Shown: in pieces, positions 24,323 through 36,456 of the stretch
Layout of the letters: the number at the start of each line of letters is the position of its first letter
Numbering within the stretch: position 1 is the stretch's first letter
NCBI GenBank assembly: GCA_963924565.1
Contig: OZ004609.1
Location: 29,450,001-29,514,000, forward strand
Direction of reading: 5' to 3'
DNA length: 64,000 nt
DNA from: Ascidiella aspersa
Lineage: Eukaryota
Notes under the pieces: generated by a model
What the model saw: the letters and a program-made list of their open reading frames with translations, nothing else
What the model was told of the DNA's origin: nothing
The model's database searches: none
Made by a program: the position numbers and the translations under genes

Positions 24323-26529
24323 TGGAGTCCGTATAACTCGTATATCTGCAAAACTATTTTTTGGTTATTGATAGATTTAGATTACACAAAAACATACTTC
24401 CATTGTTACTAGTTTCACGGCGTCGGCGGTATATGTATGCCGCATTTAGGATGAAAAGATTACCTCAAAACGTAATCATGTTATAGATACAAATAAATCC
24501 GAATGACGTACATTGGCGGACGGATCGTAGGTTCCGGACCACTGTTCTACCACAAAAAAATTCGTCTATAGGCCTACATCCGATATTAATTCGGTCGTAT
24601 AGGGTATACCGGACTCCTGGCTGCCTGTTTAAAGACTTCTAAACTTAATAAATAGTTAAAAATACACCTAAATTGCCAAGCGTTTAAAATAATAATTTAT
24701 TTCTGTTGAGACTTTTGTTAAGCTTTAAAACTTTTCATATATCTGTTGGGGCATCGTAAGTTTCAAAACTTACACATAATATTTCATCGATTAAAACATA
24801 TGTTTACAACCTCAATAAAATTTTAAATTGTAACAATACTGGTAGCGGGCGAAACTTGTTTAGGTTGTATATTCACCTGCTTTCTGTTGGAACTCTGCAT
24901 TTCTAAACAACAACATTCCCGGTCAGTAAGGCTAAAGAATAAATCTCGTCGGCTAAAAGCATTACAGTCCTAAAGCAGTGTCTAATTACCGAGATAACGT
25001 GGACTCTAAGCTGCCGTCCAATAATCAGCATTAATTGCCGGAGGCAAGCGCGGCAGAATGTAGTCACTCAGGAAATTGTTGCAAGACGAATTTGCTTTTC
25101 GTGCGCCGTGAAATAAGCTTGAACACACGCACACTCTGTTGTTTTGGCGTCTATCCAATATTTAGCTGCGCAGACAATGTACGCCCAAGATATGCCGTGT
25201 ATTCCTATCACGTTTGTAAATTGCTACTGGTCTATTAGGCCCTCAGACTTAAGCTGTGTTAAACTGCTTTGTTCTGATCAATCAAGACATTGCACAGTAT
25301 TAGACCATTCATAGCTCGCCAACGAATTACACTGAAAAACACGACGTTAGTTTCACCCGTGGTTGAATCAAACTAGCCAACAAGGTTGGTGTTTTACCAA
25401 CAAGATATTTTTCAATAAACGGCGTGTTTATTACAAGCTATGGCTGGCTGGCTTGACTTGAATCACCGGGTCGTGAGACGAAAAAGGTTTTTCGTTTCGG
25501 TCGATGCGCTTTGCCACATACACTCCGAATGACACTACATATAACACTGATTATAAGTGCCTATTCCATTCGAGGTAAAGTAAGTCAAAGATGACGTCAT
25601 CTGACAGAATTGCTTTGCTTTAGCGCTTTCAGTTATATATAGCACAGAATATTTGCTTAAGATTGAGGGCCGAAACATTTGACAGGGTTGTAATGATGTC
25701 ACGCAAAATCGGGCGCGAAAACAACTCTGAGCTATTAGGTTAGCCAAGTCATTTTTGCAAAATAACTAAGTCTAAGTCACGTCCCAGACCAAGTCATTGT
25801 CTTTTAAAAAAATGCTAAACATACTCAATTGCTGAGCATTTCCCGTTCTACGTAATATTATGCATATCAAACATCAAAAAGGAAACAAATAGCAAGTTAG
25901 GATTTTTACATTTAACCAACCATTAACCAAAAGTGATCAAATTTTACTGATATGTATTCAATTAAAGAACTTATATTTGAATCTAGTCTCTTGCGTAAAT
26001 GACTCAACCTTAACTCAGGAATAGTGACTGAAGTCATTACAACACTGATAGTTAATACAAATCTTTGTTGACTCAAAGGTATACAATAGTGATGTTACAC
26101 TCCCTCATCAATGGAACCACTGGGAGCCTCCCTATAACTGCATGCTATCCCTGACCATTCATTTTATTTCAAACTCGAATCATACCCAACCACACCATTT
26201 GATTTTTTATTTAGTTATGTTATATTTGCCTTGCAAGAATTCATAAACTCTAGATTTTTTTGTGTTGTCAAAGCTTGACAAAGTTTATCTTTTTCTCCGG
26301 TCCGGTTTGAACTTGCGTTATATTAGGTTTGATTTGCAGGACAAGAACTTGAAACCATTAATTCTTAATTATGAACATAGGAATTTTTTTATGAATTTTA
26401 TACTTATTATAGTTTATGTGGCAGTTCTGGATTAACATGCTTGGTTTTTAAAGTGTAAATTTAAAGCTTCATACAAAATCCTTATAACCTAAATTTTGAA
26501 ATCTGATTTGTGATTTCAGAAGGCATAAC

Positions 26530-27183
26530 ATGGATGCTAAGGTAAATAGAAAACATACACTGTATGTAAAAGATGTCTTGCCTGCCAAAACCACTAGGCA
26601 TATCAAAAATGCACCAGATATTAACACAATGGTTCAAGAGCAACTATCTGCAGTAAAATCCCTGGAAGAAAAATCCAAAGCAGAGAGAAACAATATAATT
26701 GCTATGCTTGGCAATGTTACCGAAGTTCAAAACTACTCCAACTGCACAGTTTTCGGTTACGATTTCCTGCAAGAATTGCTAGCAGAAGTTGAAAGCGATG
26801 AAATGGCATTGCGAAACAAAATTCTTGGTAAACAGGAAACTGTGGAAATGTTTAAAACTGCAGTGAACAGTAATGAAGTGGATGGTAGTTACCTAGAGGC
26901 CTCTCGTATGGACCGTGACAAACTTTCAGAAAGTCTATTTGTAATTGTAAACAATAGGGAAAAGTTATTTTCTGCCCTTGAGGTTTTTCGTCGAGTTGCT
27001 CTTCCCCCAACTCAAGCTGAGACAGATCACAAAATTATAAGCATAAAAGAGAACTATATTTCTTTACAAACTGCTCTGAAAGAAGAACATAAAAAATTAA
27101 AGATGTACACAGATTGGCAGAAAAACCCAGAACTAATGTATAAGCAGACAAAAGCAAAGAAAGAAATAAATAAAGAAAAATAA
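26530..27183 (+). CDS. Uncharacterised 217-aa predicted helical/coiled-coil protein, single coding exon
   Basis: 654-nt ORF in AT-rich DNA, preceded by acceptor TGATTTCAG (ends 26519) 10 nt before the ATG; AATAAA at ~27380; K/E/L-rich composition. No family recognised. Confidence 0.7.
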   Translation: MDAKVNRKHTLYVKDVLPAKTTRHIKNAPDINTMVQEQLSAVKSLEEKSKAERNNIIAMLGNVTEVQNYSNCTVFGYDFLQELLAEVESDEMALRNKILGKQETVEMFKTAVNSNEVDGSYLEASRMDRDKLSESLFVIVNNREKLFSALEVFRRVALPPTQAETDHKIISIKENYISLQTALKEEHKKLKMYTDWQKNPELMYKQTKAKKEINKEK

Positions 27184-27782
27184 ATATGATTCCGCCAAAA
27201 CACCAATGACAAGTTGCTTGTTACTAAAATCTATGCATAAACTAAATTTTTTTAATACTTGTCCGTTTCAATTGCACTAACTGAAGGAAGCCCTTTTTTA
27301 AATTGCAACTAATGTTACTGTATTTCTCTTTATTTTTTAATCATAAATTTTTAGCGCACTTAATACAACATTCTGCAGCAATAAAGCCTGATTTTTTTTC
27401 AAACGCATCATATCCTTGTAAAATCATAAAATTATGAATTTTTTTTGTGGCAATATTTTTTCTATTTAGTAAAACATTTATCACCACTTAACAACTTGTA
27501 TTTTATAAATACTAGAAAATAAAAATCACTGAAACTTGATTTTGTAAAAAATGATTTATTTTAAATAAAATATGAAACATTGCTACACAAAATATAAGGT
27601 AACAATTACCATAGTTTTTATATATTACCACCAGAAGAGCAAAGTATGTCTTCATTTCTGGTATCCATAAATTTTGTTAGAAGTAAGTGCACATAACATG
27701 TATTAATAAGAGCCAATGTGAATATTACTTGTTTTTCTGTTTTGTTGACTAGACTACAGCTAACCTATATAATAAAAACTCT

Positions 27783-29938
27783 TTATGTGGAAAGATATTC
27801 TTTGATAATGGAAATTGCTTGTTCTTTCCTTTGGAGTTTTACAGCTTTGCCTTGCATCCTGTTGGCCTTTGCCATGCCTTTTCCAACAATTAGTTCAGAA
27901 ACAGATTGGCTGCATTTTTCTATAAATGTGCCAGGGCCCTTTAATAAAAACATTCCCTCTCCCTTTTCATCTCCAGTAGTGAGGAACAAACATACCTAAA
28001 AAAGCAGTCTTATTTGCATAGCAAACTACTTGAGGGTACAGAGTTAATACATAAACAAGTTTTACAAAAAAAACATTTTAAATATATGCCAATTCATTAA
28101 AATCAAAACTGCCATTTGAACTTACAGAATCATCCACTTCATTAGCAATAATGTTCATAAATTCAACATTTCCTTCTTTGCGATGGATGGCCACAAATCT
28201 AAACGGACAGGATGTTAATCACTATTAACTTTAATAACAGTGCAATCCAATATTACTTTTCATGAAGTTATATTACTTTTCATGTTTCTGGAGATATGAT
28301 TCATTAATTTTGTGAGCTTCCAAAAGAGCAACATCCCTCAACAAGTTTGTGCAATTCTTTTGAGCAACTTTCATTTGACTAATAGTTCTTTCCACTGCAC
28401 TAACATGTTGGTCTGCTCCGCACTATAATATACAGGAGTTATTCTAACATTGTGTACACAACAAGTATTAAACAGGTAATTTACTTTCAGGTGTTTTGTT
28501 AGTTGCCTTTCTGTTGCAAAACATTTGTCGGCATAGGTCAGAACTCTTTCACCAGCCAGAAATAACAAGTTTGTTTTCCCTTTTTTTCCTTTATCAGCAG
28601 ATAGCAACTTGATACATTGCAAGTCAGAAAGATTTTTCACATGAGTGCCGCAACACATGTTAGCTTCTATGCCTTTCATTTCAACAATCCTAAATCAAAA
28701 GAGTAATGTTGACCTGGTTTTCTTGATTGTTATTCCTAGGAAATGCACAACACAATCCTGATAAATGTAATGTATTTGAATAGTTGAGAAGACACATTGT
28801 ATAAGTCTAGTTTTAATTAGTATTTTATTTTAAAACATTTTAGGTGAAATATTTTATGTTATGTTCTACCTAGACTTTAAGTCATTTACAAAACTGAAAT
28901 ATACCGTCACCGGTTTTAACTTTGTGTAAACAGTATAAAATAAATCTAATAAAATTGTGGTTAAGGATTGCAAAAAGGTGGTTCACAGTAAAAAAATGTT
29001 CACAAAATCCAGGTTCGTCCTGGATTATATAATTACTTCAATAATTACAAATAACACAAGGTTACTGTATGTTTAACTTGCCTAACATCACCAACATGAT
29101 CTTCTGGTAAGCCTCTGGTACGCACTGTATCTAAAAGAGGTGAATTTGCTTGAGTGACATGAACTACAACAGGGGTCGAGTCTCTTATTGCCTTGTTTAT
29201 TAGTCTAAAAAAAGTTCATGTTATTGGAAGTCAGATGTACAAGTGATGGTATGCTACCTTTCAATGTGCTTTATTTGGCACTCTTTCATTTCTGGTGTGT
29301 CCAACTCAATAAAAGAAACTGATTTCCCCAAATCCCATGAAGTGGTTTTGAATCCGAACTCATTATCAACAATTGCAGTGATAAGATGTTGTCCACTACA
29401 AAGGTATAAAGGTAAATGATTTTTTGTGAAGCGATAACCAAACTTAAATTAAAAATTAATGACCTATGCTGTTGCATGTGATCAAATCTTCTTTCCCAAT
29501 CCAACACAATATCTACATCTTTACCCACAGTAATTTCAGTCTCTACAAAATGGACCGCCTGCACAAAATACTCCAGGAAATAAACAAATACTTGCAAATT
29601 TAACTACAACGTTTCATAAACAAGTTGAAAGCTATGTACCTTATCAGCTTTCCTAGTCACCCTCTTAACAGGGACATTGTTTATAGTGCCTCTGTCATCC
29701 GGTTGGCCCCCGCCTTCAGGAAATAATATTGTATCCTCCAGCACAATGTTAAATCTGAACAACAAAGCAACTGCAGTATTTTTATCTTTAAGATGATTTT
29801 GCATTAAATTGTTTATAACTACCCAGTCGTTTTTTGTAGTTTTCCGTTGGTTTCGACTTTACAAGTAGCTGGTTCACAAGATATAACGCTGGTGTTAAAT
29901 CTAGTAGCATAGCTGTCAGCCTGGCACATAAATACCAT
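27783..29938 (-). CDS. AARSD1: Alanyl-tRNA editing protein (AlaX-type)
   Basis: Exons 29938-29823, 29754-29640, 29558-29464, 29395-29258, 29204-29082, 28689-28485, 28422-28277, 28198-28126, 27995-27783. Motifs: LEDTILFPEGGGQPDDRG, DWERRFDHMQQHSGQHL (HxxxH), NMCCGTHV (CxxxH), KGKKGKTNLLFLAGERV. Confidence 0.95.
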
Positions 29939-30574
29939 TTTACTTGAGAAAGATATTAAACTCCTTTTTAAAAAACAATGCTTCAAGTGGAAATAAAACA
30001 TATTCTTCACTTAGGGGGATTCCGAATTTAACAACTTTATTTGTTTTAACATTTTTATGTCGTGATTGATTTTATAGTTTGCTGTTTTTTACAGATTATA
30101 TGATCAAACTACAATATAGAAAAAAATAAAATGTCTTATTTTATTTTAGATTTTTCGTGTACGCTGGAAAATTCAAGAAGATTAAAAAATGGTTTTAGGA
30201 GAAATGCTTCAGTTGGGTCATTAGACCATGACGAAACTACCTGAGGGCCTGAGGCTAGGGAGAGCGAGGGGATATTGTTAAATAATCATCATACGATGCA
30301 TCATCCACCAATATTAAGACTAAGTTGAGGTTTCGGTTTACAGCTTTTAACTAAGAAAAGTACTGGGCACTGGTCTAGAATCCTATCACAACGCACATTA
30401 TTTGGGTTAGGTTGCGGTTGGATTCTAAACCAGCGCCGCAAGCACTTATTTTATTTCAATTTAAATAAGCAAAAATAATAACGTACATGTTTAAACTTTG
30501 GTAGTGATTTGTTCGTTATTTTTACTAATTGTATTTTTCACAGATAATTTTATATCACTTTGGTGAATTATAAA
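29939..30574. promoter_or_regulatory. Putative bidirectional promoter between AARSD1 and PLEKHA8
   Basis: Divergent start codons at 29938 (-) and 30575 (+), 636 bp apart. Confidence 0.6.
30365..30438. mobile_element. Tiny inverted-repeat element (MITE-like)
   Basis: GGCACTGGTCTAGAATCC ... GGATTCTAAACCAGCGCC inverted arms around a GGGTTAGGTT core. Confidence 0.55.
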
Positions 30575-33500
30575 ATGGAAGGTGAGCTTTATAAATGGAA
30601 TGGCTATTTGACTGGTTGGACAACCAAATACTTTGTGTTATACAATGGTTCAATATGCTATTATCCAAACAAGGTTACTTTTTTTTATCATACTATGATT
30701 TTTTTGTTGTCAAATATAATTACCTTAAGGCAGGAGTTCCCAACCGTTTTGCGACCTCGTACCACTTGGACGCTCTGTACTGCCACGCGCATACCACTTC
30801 TCGCAGAACAACTAATTTGTTTGAATTGTATTGTCCTATTTTTAGCTTACAACTAGCAATTATTGAAATGCTTTATGTAGCTGAAGCTATAAAACAGTAG
30901 TTGATATTTATCAAGAGCAATGAAAATATATCTATTTCTATATTTGACATAATTAACGCCCACTGTCCCACAGCGTTGTACAGGGTTTAAAACAACTGTG
31001 CACAATTGACATGACCTATATTTTGAAGATCATAGGCTTCGGTATTATTTTTTTGTAAAACAAACCAGATAAACAAAGCATAAATTTGTGAATCCATTTT
31101 TTTGTGAAAAAAAACGGAAGCTACTCGCGTGCCACCTAAAAAGCCTTCACGTACCACTAGTGGTACGCGTACCACAGGTTGGGAACCCCTGCCTTAAGGC
31201 CTGTTTACACTACAGCTCCACATGAAATTTGTACTATGGCTGCATAACAGATTGAAGCAAAATCACTTTTGCTAGCTATATGGGGCTTGAGTTTAGCAAA
31301 GCGTTACGCTCGCCACAATAGAAATTAGTTCCAAATTATGCTGTTCTCAGCTCAGCATTGTTAGAATGTGTAAATGTAATTGTTTATCATTTTAATTCTG
31401 ACAACACCGTATGATTTGGGGTATAGTCATACTAATATGATTTCAAGACATGTTTTAAAAACATTTTAACTTGATTACTTTTAGATTGCTAGAGATGACA
31501 ACAAACCAGCAAGTGAAACTCTTAACATGGGTCTATGTGAAATTGTCCTTGACACCAACTCCACTACACAGTGGGAATTAAGGACACCAGCACAGTCTAA
31601 AATATGGTATTTACGTACCGTATCAACACCAGAAAGAAACCAATGGATAAAAGCACTTGGTAAAATAATGTCAGAAAAATATTTTATATTTTTAAAAATC
31701 GTTCAATCCTACTTATAAATACTTATGGTTAATTTTGGGCACATAGTTTTGCAAATATTTTACCATAAAAAATATTATATAGGTTTCCTTAAAACACACA
31801 AATAAACTAAATGTTGAACTACCGTATTTATTTGCAGGCTAACTGATTTAACATAATGGTTTGTTTACTGTGCCATGCAAAGTAAATTTGAAAAATAAGA
31901 CTTGCATGATTAAATAGGTTAACTAAAAATACCTCAGACATATATATATAAAATCATTATCTTCATTTTCAATCTTTATATTTCCTATAACAAATATAGT
32001 AATTCAGACGTTTTTAACACTTGAAACCTAGGTTCAGCTAAGGCATGTTTGCTTGATACCACTTCTCTCCACTCATTTTCACGAAGCACTTCAGTTGAAA
32101 GTTCAAGTCAATTGATATCTTCCGAGCTTGTACAAACAGAGGATAAGAAGCAAGATCAGTCTCCTTTAAATGAAGATAATAACTTTGACAACTTAAAAGA
32201 GGAATCAGATGGAATTAATGATTCAGGTTTTCAACCACTATAGAACATATCTGATTAAGGTTGTATTGTTTTAAGTCACAAGCAGTCAAACATAAATTGG
32301 AACTACAATGGAGTTTGAAGTTGTAATTTTATTTTGTTCAGGAAATGGCAGTATGAACAATCTTTTGGTTAATGTTGATTCTTCAAGTTTTATGTTGGAT
32401 CAAACCGTTGATTATCCGAACCATCTCAATGATTCCCTTGCAAAGCAGTGTGATAATGCACTGACACATGTAAGTTCGAAAATGCAACTTTTACTGCCAA
32501 TTAAAATATAGACAGGATGGGTTTAGTAGTGTGGGGTTTTTTATTGGGCGACTATTATTTAAAAACAAGTAACACATTTGCAATAAATGCTAGTTGGTCT
32601 GAAAACAACAATTAAGCTAGAGAGTAAAAACATTCTAGTCTACTATACATGTTTAAACTCTTATTTCAATTCAATATGTCCTCTTCTTTTACATGGTAGA
32701 TCAAACAACTGCATTCCTGTTTGACCTTACCTGAAGCACCAAGAGACATAAAAGATGTAATAAACGAAGTTGAAGTGTCAATCGAAATCCTTACTGGTAG
32801 ATTAGCAGAATTCAAATTAGCGATCATGACTGCGTCTCAATCCAGCACAGAAGGACAACGAGTTCTTGATGATTTTCCCAGCAGTGTTGACAGCATCTCA
32901 GAAATTGTAGAACCTGATGTGAAAAAACAAGAAGAAATCTTTCCCACCTTTTTTTCCTCCTGTGAAACACACTTTGGCGATGTCTTGTCTGCCTCTTTAA
33001 CAGAAGAGGGTCAGTCACAAATTCCATTGAAAATTTTTCTGGATGCTTGTCAAAGCTACATGGATTATTTTGAAAGACTGGCCAGTTCGTATATGACGCC
33101 GTTAAAAACTGACATTCAGGGTAACATTGACAAGATTCGCAAAGTTGCCGCAGCCAATCCTAGTTACCTAACCTTGCAAGTAAGAGGCTCTTATTGATAC
33201 ACGCTTTTTGATTGTTTCACAATGTTTTTTATCAGTGCTTTGAGGCCCCTCAATTTTCTTCATCTGTCTCTTAAAATATAGTTAACTTTTTTAACTACGG
33301 CAGTTTATATATATGGATAAACCAGATCATGCCTTTGGTTTCTTGTTTACTGAACCTCACAAGAAACTTGCTTGTTATACTTTTTAGGATATCCTCAAGC
33401 ATGAGATTTCAACAAATCAACACACAGGTCCCGATACTGGAACTCAGGCACTTTTGTGGCTGAACAGGGGCTTGCGTGTCATGAGTAAGTATCTTCTCAA

Positions 33501-34060
33501 TCTGTTTTTGGAAGATAGTGAAACGAAGCATGACCCTGCTGGCAGTCTTGTATCAGCCTATTCAAAGCTACTTTCTATGCATCACAATTGGATGGTACAG
33601 AGATTGTTTAAGTAAGAGCATTTGAAAATATGACTACGCTTTTATAAATCTTGTATTGCAAAAATAAACCATAACACATTAATAGGGTATTCTAAGTAAT
33701 ATATTTAGTGTATTGTGATAAACATTGAAGTTTGGGATATAGTGGTAATCTATTCAAAATGGGCAGATTTTACAATTCTGTGACTTTATAATTGCAAATT
33801 TTTTGGTGATAAACATTAAAAATTCAAACTTAAACTCTTTTAAAAACAGAATGGGATTAAAAATGGTTCCTAACTATGAGTCATTCAAAGAAAGCATGGC
33901 CAACAAGGATGCCTTAAAGGAGTTAAAAGCAAGCAAAGAACAATGGGAAAGTTACTTGGATGAAGAAATTAAAAAGCAGGGTATTTTGTACTCAAATGAC
34001 ATGTGGACTGTAGCAGAACGTGTTTGTGCCTTGTACAAAGCATACAATATTAAAGTTTAA
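30575..34060 (+). CDS. PLEKHA8: PH-domain plus GLTP-domain glycolipid transfer protein (FAPP2)
   Basis: Exons 30575-30673, 31485-31659, 32032-32226, 32342-32469, 32700-33179, 33388-33611, 33850-34060. PH domain MEGELYKWNGYLTGW..ERNQWIKALGSAKACL; GLTP domain PTFFS..PLKTDIQGNIDKI..TQALLWLNRGL..HHNWMVQRLF. Confidence 0.9.
30731..31191. mobile_element. hAT-type MITE in PLEKHA8 intron 1
   Basis: TIRs CAGGAGTTCCCAACC / GGTTGGGAACCCCTG; perfect 8-bp TSD CCTTAAGG (30723-30730, 31192-31199); subterminal GTACCAC repeats. Confidence 0.9.
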
Positions 34061-34542
34061 CCGTATTATTTGTTTACTAATGCTTTTGAATCATTTTATT
34101 TTTTTAGTATTTTCTATGCACTATACATCGTTGTGCCTTTTTCTTGCTTTTGTATCATATTCAGCAGAAATGTGCTTTAACTAATCTATGTCAACATATC
34201 AAGACAAAACTTGGCGGATGTATCATGTTTAAGTTTTTTTTGATTCTTTGCGACGCACTGGTTATTAATTGTTTATATGAAATGAGTTTCAACATGCCGC
34301 TTTTTTATACAAAGCCTCAAGTACACGTTCTATATTACTGGATGCTTATGCTTGCAATTAAATAAAGATGCATAATTGCATGCTAGTAACAATTACAACC
34401 TGTTCTGCTGATGGCTGACATATATTTAAATCACATGAGGGTAAGCTGGGTAACAGCCATTCAAACACAAATAGCTACTACAGATATATGTATTCTTAAT
34501 TAATTCTTCTGAAAAACATAGAACCAAGCATATTTATGTGTT

Positions 34543-36130
34543 TCATAAAACTGTGTTGAAATTTTTGTCGAACCAGTTTTTAAGGTGTGCACATTGCTTT
34601 AATTGGCAATGTTTCTTCAATGTTGACAGCACAAGGGCGTCTGCTATAGTTGCTTCGTTTGTGACCAACCATGGTTGCTTGGTGATGGCCTTCTCAAGGC
34701 GCTGCAATGCAGAGGACTTTTCTTGTCCCGTACAGGTGGAAGAAGAAAGATTGTCGCATAAGTCCATGTATTCGTCTGAAAATGTGGAGGACACCAACAT
34801 ATCTTCATCTTTGTTGTAAATGTTTAGCAATCGCCCAAACAGTCGCAAGGCATTGCTTTCGCCTTGGATTGGGATGCACATAGTGGGACTTGTCACCATA
34901 AATAGAGCACCAGAAACTAAAAAATATTGCATATATGGTTAATGTTTTTCATACCATCTACCTTCATTCCATTTAATAAATATTTTAAGCTTAAATTAAG
35001 TTAATAGAGAAACAGCGTGGGAGTTTTTTTGTTTTTGATGTATATGTTGATAAGCTCTATATTAGACAAACCATTTTTCCAAAGAATTGTGATGATTATT
35101 TTTTTCTGGCCTCTGTTCACAGAAATCTCATTCACAAAGCTCTCATCAACAAGGCAGTTGTTTGGCAATGAAGAATGGCGGTGAACTTTTAACATAACAT
35201 CAAACTGAAACAACAGTGATTAGTCACTTGCTTTTTAGAAACATTTTCACTAGGTAGCTTGTACTCTTTAGTCCACAATTTACACAGTAACTGTTACTTG
35301 AACTTTAAATTATTGCCGCTTGTGTCGAGAAACCTACCACTTTTTTACAGTAAGGAAACATTTTGTCAAAATTGAGAATAAACATAATATTAATACTTTA
35401 CCAACCAAAAACAATGTAATCAATATAAATGCTTTGACGAAATGTGGTAGGATTCTAGACCAGCAACCAACTGTGACTTGTCTATAGAGAAATAAGGTAG
35501 GCTTTGCAAAGCACATACAAAATAAAATATTTACCTTTTTCCTCAGCAATTTCACTATATATTTCAAAGCATGGGGTGGGTCATTCGGATTGACATGGAT
35601 AACAAAATCTTGTACTACATCCTCTCTTTTCTTTAAAATTTGACACTGATTAGTTCAGAAAGTAATGTTAGGTAATAATATTACTGTGTTTTTACCTGAA
35701 CTGGTTGTTTACATAAAGAATTAGTTATTAAGCTCTGATCCTTATTTCCGATTTTACTTAAAAGGTGTTCGATGTTTTGTAACAACCTTTCTTGGCGAAG
35801 TTTCAACTGCTTCAGTTCTGGAAGGACCTGAAGTTACAAAAAATACAAAAAGTTGCAGCATAAAATGTGTTGTGTTGCAACTTCGTAATTTGTTGCACAA
35901 GGTGGATAAAAAACTTAAACATATTCAACAAAAAAGCAAAACATTATAGCTAGCATCAGTTAGAAGGTATAGGATAGCATGTGTTTTTAAGGTGCTATGT
36001 TGTGTCTTACATTTGACGCTTCTCTGGCAATGATCGGAGCAACCGCGTACATGACATCTGGTAAAACCACGTTATTATTCGAGAAATTGTAATGTGGACT
36101 GGCCGTGTACATTGTTGTTCCACTATCCAT
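34543..36130 (-). CDS. AIMP2: Aminoacyl-tRNA synthetase complex-interacting multifunctional protein 2 (p38/JTV1)
   Basis: Exons 36130-36011, 35827-35696, 35645-35535, 35204-35072, 34916-34543. Motifs: MYTASPH..VLPDVMY, LKLRQERLL, DFVIHVNPNDPP, VHRHSS, ITILWKN, PIQGESNALR, GST-C-like PWLVTNEATIAD. Confidence 0.9.
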
Positions 36131-36456
36131 CCTAATTTTCTATTTTAAACGCAAACGTATAACTAAAAACGGAAGGTATGTATCAACACGCTACTACAAA
36201 GCATGGATCACTGTTCGAACTTCGAAGTCAAACGCACGCTGGACCCAGACGAAATTTTCTTTATCGATTCACTTTTGCGCGATTAGTTGCGTACCACGTG
36301 ACGTCCATTTCAGAGTGATTCTATGGCGTTGTTGTGAACGGCCGAAGATATTGGTGGGAAAAATTAAACAACGTTTGTTCACTAGGGGGCCACGCTAGAA
36401 ATCTGCACCAAAGTTGCGTGCCAGGGGAAGTTTTTAGCGGTTTGGGCCCTGCCAAG
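36131..36456. promoter_or_regulatory. CpG-rich putative bidirectional promoter between AIMP2 and BPTF
   Basis: Divergent ATGs at 36130 (-) and 36457 (+); local CpG enrichment within otherwise CpG-poor DNA. Confidence 0.65.

Noticed and set aside
26530-27183. Faint resemblance of the orphan ORF to the CENP-Q C-terminus
   Set aside because: Only short coiled-coil-type matches with inconsistent spacing; cannot be supported without a profile search.
35646-35695. 50-nt AIMP2 intron
   Set aside because: Short, but several other introns here are 50-70 nt, so it is ordinary for this genome.
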